From contig JBNJNM010000011.1 of assembly GCA_052426225.1 (NCBI GenBank), forward strand, positions 1,426,001 through 1,490,000: a DNA stretch of 64,000 bases, in the 5' to 3' direction. The notes under the pieces are model-generated. The model ran no database searches and was not told the DNA's origin. It saw nothing but the letters and a program-made list of their open reading frames with translations. The translations under genes and the position numbers were made by a program. Origin of the DNA: Zancudomyces culisetae HAW-14-8 (lineage: Eukaryota; Fungi; Kickxellomycota). Of the stretch, positions 13,232-24,266 are shown piece by piece. Position 1 is the first letter of the stretch. Each line of letters opens with the position of its first letter.

Positions 13232-13454
13232 CACTAGTTTAAGCTTTAGTTCAATGCTCTTCCTCGTTTCCAGTACAATTTTTAGTTTTGAATAAACTCC
13301 ACTTGCCTTTTATTTGTGAGCTTCGCCTAAAACCAAAGCTTGCCCTTTTTGGGCTAGGTCTACTCAAAAAGGCACTACCAATTTAGCACAAATAGTGCAG
13401 AGGCACTATTTATCCCCTCTCTTCCCCATAAAGAATTTGGTAAAAGTGACCAAG

Positions 13455-13520
13455 TGAGAAAGAGGGAAAGAGGGAAAGAGGGAAAGAGTGATAAAACGGG
13501 AGAAAGAGGAAGGGAGGCGG
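13455..13520 (+). repeat. Purine-rich imperfect (AGAGGGAA)n tract
   Basis: gagaaagagggaaagagggaaagagggaaagag... between the convergent kinase and mannosyltransferase genes. Confidence 0.7.
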
Positions 13521-13855
13521 AAAGACCAGCTTTTTGTCTTTTGTTGACGCTATATAATGAAGAAAAAGACACTGCAAACGTATGATAATTTATGCCATTG
13601 GAAACACACAACCTGTACGCTTTAATTTAGCACCTAGTTCCCAGAATTCACTTTATAAAGAAGCAGTATGAAAAAGTGATGCTACGGAACAACTATGTTG
13701 ATTAAAATACGATACAAATAAAAGGATTTGAAAAGAACAATTTTGCGTCTGGCTACTATTTGCGAAAACATTACAAAGTTATACCAAGTACAAATATTTA
13801 CTACAAAAAGGAAAAAAATGAAAAAAAATGAACTTGAATCTTTAAGATGGCGTGT

Positions 13856-14974
13856 TTATATTGTATCCCATCGCCTTCTGCACTCATAGTGCATCTCATT
13901 CTCCTTTTCAGGATCGCAGACACATTTTCCAGATCTGTTTGAGTTTTTGGGGCAAAAACCCATGGCGGGATGGTAATATCCAATATCACCAAAGTAGTGA
14001 ACTTGATTTTTTCTCAAAAACAAAGCTGTTGCGATAGTATGGACGGGTGCATCACCCCATCTCTCGTAGAAGAACCCTCCTTCTTTATCCAAAAACTTGA
14101 AAAAGTCCTCGTACTTCTGCGACCTGTAAAAGTCTAGGTTGGCTATTTCAAAGTTGGTCCAGAAATGGCATCCATTGTATGATTTGTGATCCTTGGTAAT
14201 AAAATTGATAAAATTTTTGGGCTCAATGTGCTGTGGATATTTTTTCATAAACTTATCCACCGAATCCCACAAGGTGGGTACTGTGGCCATGTACTCGGTT
14301 GGTGCCATATTCCAACCATATACCTTATTATTTTCCTTCATGAATAAAAATGGATCGTAATCAACATCACAATAATAGTGTACATCAGGTTCAATTCTCC
14401 AGTAATACTCCAAATCTTTCAAGAGTGGGTGTTTGTAGAAATACCCAGACTGGAATCTACACATAAATCTATAACTTTCGCTACCCCCGTTGATGTAGTT
14501 GGACTTCTCTCGTATCTCTTTTGCTTTGTTCTTGTCAACGTATTCAGGATATCCCCATGCCTCTCCCTCAACAAGGCCAAATGTAGCATTTGTTGAAACC
14601 AAATCTCTTACTCCTTGCTTGAACTCGTCTGTAAAGGGAACATCGTTAAGGAATATGTAAGGATAACCGAACTTACGGTTGAATCTATCTTCTACCTCTC
14701 TTATTGTCTTGCGTATGCCGTGCAAATCGCTGTTTCTTACAAGCGAAACAAATGCTGCTTTAACTTTTCTTTTTTCCTTGGGTACCAACATACTAGCTGG
14801 TGCATCGTCCTTTGCTCTAAACCCAGAAATTTCTGAAGGATTTATCTTTCCTTTATTTAATACATAGTTTAGACAAAACAAACAGATGGCCAAAATGACC
14901 ACGGCCTGGATTGCTGTCTTTACTCGTCGTGGTATGACCACGCTTCTGGTACTAGTAGAAGGACTCTTACTCAT
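13856..14974 (-). CDS. Glycosyltransferase family 15 alpha-1,2-mannosyltransferase (KRE2/KTR/MNT1 family)
   Basis: Type II membrane anchor, KAAFVSLVRNSDL, YPYIFLNDVPF, SYRFMCRFQSG, YYWRIEPD, YNGCHFWTNFEI, GGFFYERWGDAPVH. Confidence 0.95.
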   Translation of the reverse strand: MSKSPSTSTRSVVIPRRVKTAIQAVVILAICLFCLNYVLNKGKINPSEISGFRAKDDAPASMLVPKEKRKVKAAFVSLVRNSDLHGIRKTIREVEDRFNRKFGYPYIFLNDVPFTDEFKQGVRDLVSTNATFGLVEGEAWGYPEYVDKNKAKEIREKSNYINGGSESYRFMCRFQSGYFYKHPLLKDLEYYWRIEPDVHYYCDVDYDPFLFMKENNKVYGWNMAPTEYMATVPTLWDSVDKFMKKYPQHIEPKNFINFITKDHKSYNGCHFWTNFEIANLDFYRSQKYEDFFKFLDKEGGFFYERWGDAPVHTIATALFLRKNQVHYFGDIGYYHPAMGFCPKNSNRSGKCVCDPEKENEMHYECRRRWDTI

Positions 14975-15993
14975 TCTTCTTCCTCCAAAATATACGACTT
15001 TCTTGAGTTGTTTGACTTTACAACGCAGGAGTTGTTCGAGTTATATATATGTTTAAAATACAGGCTAGCACTTAAAGGTCAAGGCATTAAAAGGGTGTAG
15101 AAGAGCGGTCCATAATGACTTCTTTTTATATCTGTATTTTTTTTTTCTAATTCAAAGTTCAACACCATTTTACATTGTAATTGTTGGCTTTGACATAGCA
15201 TTAACATTTTTTTTTAACCACCATCATTGGTCATCTGTTTGATTAAAAATATATTGAAAATAGTTTCAGTTTAATTAGGCTCAAAACATTGGTTCAACAA
15301 TTGGAAGTTGGCGGATAAATCTAATCCTGCAGCATAAAGTTAATTATTTACCACTACCCCTCATATTAACACACTCAACTATACGAGTTACTACTTTTTT
15401 TATGACTACATTTAGAAACTGGTTTGGGTAGCTGCAAAGCTTGAGTCTATATACCAATTGCATAAGAGTCTCCCTGTTTAAGATAACCACTCTATTGATT
15501 GGTTGATTACTAGTGTTAAAGCATAACCTTCAACTTTTTTTCGCTAAAATTTCTTTATTCCAAAAGCTGTATTAATATACACACTCGCTGGCCTGGTTGT
15601 TTTATCTTCTCGTTGTGATAAAAAGTAAGACAGCTCTAGGATTATTACAAGCAGAGTCGTTAATGTGATTTAATTTTGGCCCTAGACACGGTCATTGTAA
15701 AACTTATGTCACTTATTTTAAACAAAAGTGTATTTACTCCCTCCTCATCTTCCAACTCAAATAGCTTTAAACATTTTACAAAGTTTATTCGCGAATAGTT
15801 TGTATTTCACTTCAAAGCTAAAAAAATATTGTAGCCAATAACATTACAAAGCTTGTAAGATTGTTCTATAAAATACAGTTCTGATCAAGAATTGCTGGAA
15901 TACTTCAATTGCACTTCCTTTTATTGTGGATACAAAATATACATAACCTGAATAGTGAATAAGCAACAATCCTTCATTTTTCGGAAAAAAAAC

Positions 15994-16878
15994 ATGGATA
16001 AAAGAGTTGTACCCAAATGTAAAATCTGTGGTGTGAATGATAAAAAATACAGATGTGGCACCTGCGAGATATTTTAGTAAGTTGATTTTATTCTTTTCAA
16101 GAATTTTCACCTCTTTTTTTTTCTCCACGTTACTATGCTCTTACAAACAAACTATATCTTTTTGAATACATACTGAATATTCAGTACGAATTCTATGAGA
16201 TTTATATTGATACTTTATAAAAAATAAATAGCTGCTCTGTAAACTGCTTCAAGAAACATAAAGGTAGCATCCCCCCCCCCCCCCATTTATACGACTTTTA
16301 AACACCATGAAAATAGAAAAGAAGAAAACCCCCAATTATCAAGTGTATTTTTTTGTAGAAATCCCATGCTCAGCAAATCTTGACACAAAGTTAGGTATGA
16401 TAAAGAATATTAATATTTTTCGAGATGAAATCCTTTCTGACCAGCATAATTTTATCTAAATTCTTTAATATTAGGAAGAACCGGATATGTGGTAAACCGA
16501 GAGAAGATAGCTGCTATATTAGATGCTAGCGTACCAGAAAACGATGGAATGTTTTTAAGTCAAGAGATGCTTTCGAAATTAGGTATTTCTAAAAAAAATT
16601 TACTGCACGCTTTTACATTCTTCTTGTCACAAAGAGGGGCATAAGAAATATCCTATATCTTTTTTTGCAAATCTTTAAAACGTAATTTTGATTTATTAGA
16701 TACATCGGTAGAGTTAAAGACAATGCTGCGCAAGCCGGAAATTAGAGAATGTATAAAATATGTTTTAACCAGCGCCGACCCATTGGGCTCTATAAGGAGT
16801 TTACGGGAAAGAGGTCAAGAGTTTGAGTTACTTTCAGAGCACTTACTAAAAATCACCAATTCACGAATATGTAGCTAA
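15994..16878 (+). CDS. HIT1: zf-HIT protein 3 (Hit1/ZNHIT3, box C/D snoRNP assembly factor), 5 small exons; not in ORF track
   Basis: Exons 15994-16076, 16232-16263, 16359-16394, 16475-16582, 16700-16878, all phase-consistent. Spliced product: MDKRVVPKCKICGVNDKKYRCGTCEIFYCSVNCFKKHKEIPC...FLSQEMLSKLDTSVELKTMLRKPEIRECIK...FELLSEHLLKI, i.e. a zf-HIT finger plus a ZNHIT3-type C-terminal helical domain. Confidence 0.9.
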
Positions 16879-18073
16879 GAATACGGGGTATTCTTGCTTT
16901 CTCTAGAATTTCACCATTTTCTCACCGTATTTTTGGGTATTTCTTCACACCCGTCACATCAAACGAAAGGAAGGTCCTATTTAAATCTAAATGCGTTTAT
17001 CGGGACTGTGCTATCTTCATGTGATCTATAAGTGTTTGTTTATTAGATTAGTGTATACCCGACCTACACACACCCGCTTTTCACACCTTTTAGTACTATA
17101 GATATTACTGGTTTTTACAAAAAAAAAAGATGTGTTTTTCTAAACTGGCATGTGGTGTGTCGCATGTGGAACAAATAGTGTGAGGTGGTAGGTTTCTATC
17201 GGTTTAAAGGCAAGCTGTGGTGGATCAACTATATACACCGGATATGTTAAAGGCAAATAGTGTGATATCACACCCAAAAAATCATGCATTGTAGAATAAT
17301 CAATAAGAATATGTCTACGCCTTTATAGTATCATAGTCGTTCTTTTTTTGTGGGGGAGTGCACCTCACACTTAAACATGCTAGAAGCGAAATAGAGAAGG
17401 TTCGAGTATTAACTGATCGGAAAGTCATTCCAATATTTTTTCATACATGTTGATTACCATTGATGCAAATCGCGAATCACATTAATTTAAGAGACATTCA
17501 TTTAATAGTAGGGTTTTATAAAGGAAAACTATCAGCAAAATAGAACAAGATAAAATCTACGAGTGATCTACAGGTTGGTACAAATCTGGGAAACTAAATA
17601 TATAGGGATGCTCTGGATTTATAGATAATCAAAAGCAGGTGGATTATCTACCTAAAGGATGAGTTTGCACAAAAATGGCACAAATTTCTTAGCTTATCCT
17701 TTTGTACAAATTTAATCGGAGCCTGTTTGTGCAAAAAACCCATCCCTGATGTGTTTTAGATGCAAGTTACGTGGTACCCAGTTGGAAAATGTTTTTAGCA
17801 AAGAAGTGTGATGAAAAAAGATATTTAGCCACTACTGGGTTTATCAAGAAAAAGTCGATTAGCACATTTCCCATATAAACCATGTACACAGAAATCATTC
17901 AGCTAAACACATAAACATTATTAAATTACATTTTTTAATATATCTGGTGTATTCCCAAAGGCTGTATAGATTGAGCATAATTCAAGCTATTATACCACAG
18001 CATATACTGTAAAGAATATCTAATCATAGGTAGAGATATTTGCATTTTTTACGATTAAAACCGCGCATCATCA

Positions 18074-19595
18074 ATGGATTTTTGTGGAATTCTTTTTACT
18101 GACTGCAAAAGGCAAGTAGAAAACAAAGATAGTGGAAGGAATGCAGAAAATGGATGCGTTAAGCCAAGAGATATTAAGTGTACGCAATACGCTCCTCAGA
18201 CTATGCACTTCGACACCATTATATATGATGAGAAGCGCTGGAGCGACTTTAATGAAATAAAGAGACCGGTCGTAGCATTGCGTCCAGAATCCACACTTAC
18301 GTTTACAACAAAGGATAAAATGAATATAGAGTCATACTACTTGCCTGATATTTCTGGAGGAGATCTGATAAAGGAAATAGAAAGGCTAAGTAATAGGGTC
18401 AAAGAGCTAGAATCTATGACAAATAATTCTCATAGTAGTAATATTATTAATTTCCATGAGCGTGCTCCTGCTGGACAAGAGTTTAATGCAAAAAAACATC
18501 ACTACACTGTGGACAATAATAGTAGTAACAAAAAGACAATACGACGGCTTTTAAAGAATAACAACGTAATTAAAAACAAGTGTATGGCAAAGAGGGATGG
18601 TATAGAACGTAAACAATACACCCCCGTATATAAAAAACGTAAATCTATTCTACTGTCAGGACTAAAGGTAAGTCTTCTCATTTACACTTTTCACGCTACG
18701 GAAAAATATGCTTTTCTTTTCTGTTTTTTTTTATAAAAAAAAGAACTAGACGGACAAAAAGGTTAAAGAGGTGTTAAACATAAATGTATTAAACACTCGA
18801 TTTTGCCAACTTTTTTGTCAATAAAAAGTCACAAGGATGTTTTAACACTATTACAGTTGTTACCACCAACTCTAAAAAATAAATGATTATACTTCTACCG
18901 TTTGCTAGAGGATTACTAGAAGTTCGATTTTTGGGACGAATCAAAATAACACTCGACGTACCTCAAGAATCGCTCCAAAACGGATACGCAGTGCCTTGAG
19001 AATCAGTTCCAAAAAAGGAGTAAAAAAGCTAGCTTTCAAAGCGGATGTCGATAGGTCTAATGACGAAAAACACAAAAATATTTGGTGGAGGTTATCAACA
19101 ATAAGTACAGACATAGAAGAGTCTTCGTTGGAGGAAAACTTATTTGCAAAGTCCGAAAATGCAAGTTTTATCAATTCTCCACAGGAAACCTTGGTGAGTG
19201 TTGTTGATGTTGGCCAAACTCCGTTGTCCCCTGTAATCACATTTGGACTAGGTAGAAGGTGTGATTACTCTGCAGATTATCTCAGGATGAGATCGTATGA
19301 TACTATGAACTCGTATAGCTCACAGCTCAATGCTAGTAAATACACAAGCGAATTTGGGAATGAAAAGAGACATAGAATATCGATTGCACCCATTGATAAA
19401 CTTTTTGCAGATGACGATCTAAGCATTCACAGGATCTCCTTAAGCTCTGTGGAGCTCAATAGCTTCACAAAAGCTTCCAAAAGTTGCAGCATGATAAAGA
19501 ATAGTTACTCTAAGTCGATATTAAGGGAAAGTACAAAGAAAAAATTCGAAGCACATTATGAGTTCTATGAAAGCCTGATTCTAAATAACTATTGA
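18074..19595 (+). CDS. Hypothetical protein, 2 exons (~426 aa), short coiled coil
   Basis: Exon 1 18074-18667 (AAG|GTAAGT) joins in frame to exon 2 18909-19595 (GCTAG|AGG). Contains coiled-coil-like LIKEIERLSNRVKELES. No family recognised. Confidence 0.6.
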
Positions 19596-20266
19596 CAACT
19601 TGGACTTTGCAAGACACCAGACTATGGAGAGAACTTAATGGTCTTAGTATAGTCGTATATTTTCATGGTTTACCTACCAAATGGCACCACTATTAGCATG
19701 CGTGATGGCAATAAACTACCCTTTTTTATAATATTGTTTTGAAGTTAAACGTATTTAGGCCAAGTATGTTGAATAAAATATTGATTTATAAGATGGCTTT
19801 GAAGGAAATTTCTCTAGAAGGGGCAAAAACGACCCTTCCACTAGCTTCAGTTAATTAAATTTGCGCTGACCTTGAACTTATTAAAGTTTCATTACAAAAA
19901 AAACCACATTTTACCTGTACTGCTCTACCTATTTCGTATAGCTAGGTACGCTATATGATTGATGAGAGTTGAAAAGGGACCTATAGCAACAGAAAAAAAA
20001 TTCAAGGTTTTTGGAAGGCTAATCCATATAATTAACAAAAGCATAAAAATTTTATCGCCTATTTTTGGGTCAATTTACCAGAGGTCTCAGTTTAACCCCA
20101 AAAATTATTACCTTTATGATAACGCTTGAAACGCGCAAATATAAAAAAAAGCACTTTTTTGTAGATAAATAATTTTCATACATTTCAAAACGTTAATATA
20201 TAACTTCATTATTTGTTTGACAAAGGAGAAATATAGTAAAGCCTAAATCGAACCACAGACTACAGG

Positions 20267-21366
20267 ATGAATATGTTATCCGCTATTAAGGTATCAGTCG
20301 AATTTATAACTAGTATTAAAAAAATTACGTTGGTAAGAATCGCACTATATCTCATTTATGTATGCTAAAAGGTGGCTAGGTTTTCCAGATTACTTCCCCT
20401 TGGTGTAGGTATAGGATTAGGGTCTAAAACCCTACACGCTGATGAAGAGGAGAAAAAAGTAAGCCCTGTTTGCTTTTGTTTTTTATTTCTTTTTAATTTA
20501 CATTTTTCGGGTATAACCCATTTGTCCAGCTAAACAAGAAAGTGGTAAAAACACACGACTCGACAACGAAATGTATCTTCTTAGAGCATATACAGTAATA
20601 ACCAGAAAATCTCCAGAAGAACAGATGAAGAAACCAAGAAAATAGACATCTACTCAAAAAAAATTAGGGAAGAAATATGTGGGCTATACAAAGAGGTTAT
20701 GGTAAGGCGATATTCTATTAATGTTTTGATTGCAGCTAACAAGTGATGAATACTCGACTAGATTCGTGGAAAGGATATGGTTGAAAAATGGATCGCCTTT
20801 GAGAAAAAATCCATAGGTAACATATACAAGTATACGCTAATTTTTGATGATTGGTTTATTCATTGCCCACATGGCCTACCGCTTGATATATCTTTAAACA
20901 TATGAATAACAACTGAATACAAATAGAAATAATAAAATCGACAATTCCCGATACTGAGCGGTTTATGCCGGCTGCACTATACATCTCCTTGGCTACATTA
21001 AGCGGTCCCATACTTTTTAGAAAATGTAACTGCTTTTTCCAATACATCGAGTCTCTTTTATATATTTTCTAGAAAATTAGGAAAGTAATTGTATATTGAC
21101 GCTTTTGAAAACCGTATCTTCGTATAGCATCACTTGTAAAAAGATACCTATCCACCTCAACACTGTTTGTGGGAAGCATGGCATATCTCTTACCAGACAC
21201 TACCGCTGGTTTGGTTAAAAAGACATGGTATAAGCTTGGTAGTGAAGAAAGCTACGAAAAGGTAGAAAACGAGGTTAAACTCATCTTAAGGCATCGAAAA
21301 TATGTTTGGACTTTTACTGAGCAAAAAACATCTCAGTTGAGAGATGCGCTCTCAAATAGTAAATAA
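20267..21366 (+). CDS. MICOS complex subunit Mic26/Mic27 (apolipoprotein O family), 6 exons; only the last exon is in the ORF track
   Basis: Exons 20267-20290, 20372-20458, 20585-20701, 20762-20816, 20927-21025, 21128-21366. Product: MNMLSAIKVARFSRLL...TLHADEEEKKSIYS...VEKWIAFEKKSIEIIKSTIPDTERFMPAALYISLATLSGPILFRK...RYLSTSTLFVGSMAYLLPDT. This matches the ApoO pattern (SIY, KWI..E, LP..LY..LA.L.G.IL, YLLP.T) and has a presequence-like N-terminus. Confidence 0.8.
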
Positions 21367-21447
21367 TATGCAACTACCTTTTCTTTTTCATCCTTTTAAT
21401 TTTATTAACCGAATAAAGAGCACAAGTATGGAGCTATAATGGCCATT

Positions 21448-21748
21448 CTGACAGATCAACCACTCAAACGGCATGGAACCTTGAAGTGGGCTGAAGTGAG
21501 GATGCTGGTTTATATAATATAAGTCCGCTACGAGCGCAATTTGGCAAAGAACCTTTTAAATAAAAGCATCAGGGTTGAAATTTTATTATAACTGAAAAAG
21601 AAAAGTTTATTCATAGCGGACCTTGCCTCATTTGTTTCTGCAAGATAAACAAAAGTCGAATCAGGATTTCACTCAGTACAGTCCCATGCAACTATCAGTA
21701 GATTGTGAATAAGAGCGTTCTTTAGTGGATGCAAGTCCGAGAGAGCGC
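21448..21748. ncRNA. Candidate structured RNA element (unidentified)
   Basis: Several nested complementary segments and two hairpins in a GC-richer island between convergent genes (details in findings). Confidence 0.4.
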
Positions 21749-21860
21749 ATTGTTAGAGCAAACGTATCCAAAGTTACCAAAAAAAAAAAATGAATACCAA
21801 GAATTGCAATACTGAGGGTTGGTTAAAGTGAAATTGTGATGGTCAGAGAGGGCTCACGGA

Positions 21861-24266
21861 TCAATAAATTAATGGGGTTTTTGTCACATCCAAGACACCA
21901 CCAACTAGATGAAGGCTTCCAGTAACTATGACATCGATATTTTCATTATCCTTCATGTTCTTGAGTTCAGAAGGATTTCCATACTTTTTTGTAATCATCT
22001 CGATGGAGTCTTGAATATTCGTAAACATACTTATTTTTGAAGGGTCAAAATCCGGTACAGCCTCCAACCAGCGTTCTTTAAGCCCCTCTAAATCTGATAG
22101 TGAATCGGCCACCTTTACGTTCTTGTTTTTTGAATCTAAATAATCATACATTGCCACGATCAAAGAGAAATATCCATAGTTAGTATGTGATTTATAATAT
22201 GGGAGCGATGGACAAGAATAGTGATAAATTTAAGATACACAAAGTTTTTTTTTGTGCATTACAAGTTAAGATTTACCAGGTCTTCCTGTGATTTTTCGTG
22301 TGAATATAACTTCAACAAAGCGAATGTCCCGTGTACAGCTAACAAGCTTCTTGATTAGCACGCCGGCGTCCCTGCCAGCAGCGGGACTAAATAATAGCAC
22401 ACACTTTTTTTCTTGATCCTTATTTTGCTGGTGATACCAAGAAAGGCAAGCCTATAGGTTTACATTTTACATTTTACATTTTTATTTTACACTTTACATT
22501 TTATCTTTACATTTCATATTCTTGTACCTTTAAACAGCGCCCAGCATTGATCAGTATCTTGATTTCATCACAATCAAAATATGATTAAATCAAAAAAACT
22601 CTTACTTTTTAAAACAAAAAAAGTACTTACATCAATACTTTCTACAGTATGGGCGCCGTCAGCGTACCAAGTAATATTTTTATATCTATCCATAACGAAC
22701 TTGTGTGATCTTCCAGGCCATCGCGTATTGGCAAGTATATCTATCACCCATGGTGGTAAGCGTGAATATTTACTTTCAGCCGCGCTTCCCCCACCCATAT
22801 GATACCCTTCTCCAACCATTTTCACTTTTTTCAGCCATTCAAAGGCCAGTGCCACAGCAAGCGATGCGTTCTCGTATTGATGGTTGCCCTGCAATTTTGT
22901 TGTGGTAAAATCACTCATCGTAAGCAGTGGAACAACCTTTAGGTCGCATTTTTTTTCTTCGGCACGTTCAGCCAAGACTTTCATCACTGACGGGTTTTGT
23001 GTTGGTATAGTAAATACAGGCACTCCTGTTTTCATTATTCCACTCTTATTCCATGCAATTTTCTGTATACTATCGCCTAAAATGTTTTCATGATCCATTC
23101 CGATAGATGCTATTCCACAAACTATAGGTCTCGTTATGACATTTGTACAGTCATATTCCCCACCTATTCCTACTTCTAATACGGCAACATCCACTTTTTC
23201 TCTGAGAAAAACATGAAACGCCATCACAGTCAGAAATCTAAAGTATGAAGGCATCTTGTTTCGTACAGTAGTACCATCTGAATTTTTGTCTAAAAGTTTC
23301 TCCCATACTTCGAAAAAATATTTTGCAAACAAATCTTTGGATAATGGGACCCCATTTATTCGTATCCGTTCTCTCACCTCCACTAGATGTGGTGAAGTAA
23401 AAAGACCTGTTTTTATTTTCTCAAAGCTCTTTGTATTAAGAGAATCTTTTTCATAGTTACGGGCTTCAACACCTGTAAACTTTCTCAATATATTTTCAAC
23501 AAAAGCACAGGTTGAGCCTTTCCCCTTGGTACCAGTAACATGGATTATATTGAGTTCATTTAGTGCTGATATCTATTTTCCCATGATTTTATATCATATT
23601 CAACCAGTTTTTGTTAAAACCATGCTTTTGGAAAACGTACATTAATCTACCACAATTCTGAAACACCACCTCACTACGCTCCAGTTTTTGAATTTGCACA
23701 CAAGAATTGAACGAGTATCTTTCTTACCTGATATCCGATTTTATTGATATATTCTGTAGTCTCTGGAATGCTCGAATCGTTGCTCTTGACTCCAAGCCTT
23801 TTCAAAACCTCCAAATTCTCTGCATTGGTTTGCAAACTATTTAAGAGCTCTATTGATTTCTATTTAGTGTTTTGTTATTGTTAATTGAAATGCACAAGAA
23901 AGTATCAATGAACCTTTTCCATGACATAGTTGGAGCTGGAGGATGAGGTGACATTCTTTCAAATGTCTATTCATTTTTTTCTTTGTAGGATCTGATTTAC
24001 AATTGCTTGACTAAATGCCAACCGCTCAAATGAAATGTATTGATTGCATTTGCAATTCAGAAAAACAAGAAGAGCAGGTATATCCATTACATATTCATAC
24101 ATTTGTAACGATATAGTTTTAAGACCTAAAGAAAAGAAAGAAACGGAATATTTATATATGTAAAATATCACTTTACCTCGTACATTTTGAAGTCGCTCAT
24201 CCGCCTAATTATAAATGCGTGTACCTTTCTGTGTTTTAGGGTTGAGAATAGCTTTAACGTGTACAT
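21861..24266 (-). CDS. MET7: Folylpolyglutamate synthase, 5 exons
   Basis: Exons 24266-24177, 23859-23728, 23572-22631, 22451-22277, 22135-21861. Motifs LNSLQTNA, IIHVTGTKGKGST, GLFTSPHLVEVRERIRING, LEVGIGGEYDCTN, WPGR, DGAHT, VTGSLHLVGGVL. Confidence 0.94.
22458..22513 (+). repeat. Imperfect (TTTTACA)n intronic repeat
   Basis: gttttacattttacattttacatttt...ctttacatt in FPGS intron 3. Confidence 0.7.

Noticed and set aside
21521-21630. GGCAAGGTCCGC / GCGGACTTA (minus strand) as RNase P/MRP CR-I/CR-V
   Set aside because: Spacing (~85 nt) is too short and the pairing is a simple nested helix rather than the P4 pseudoknot; kept only as part of the unidentified structured element.
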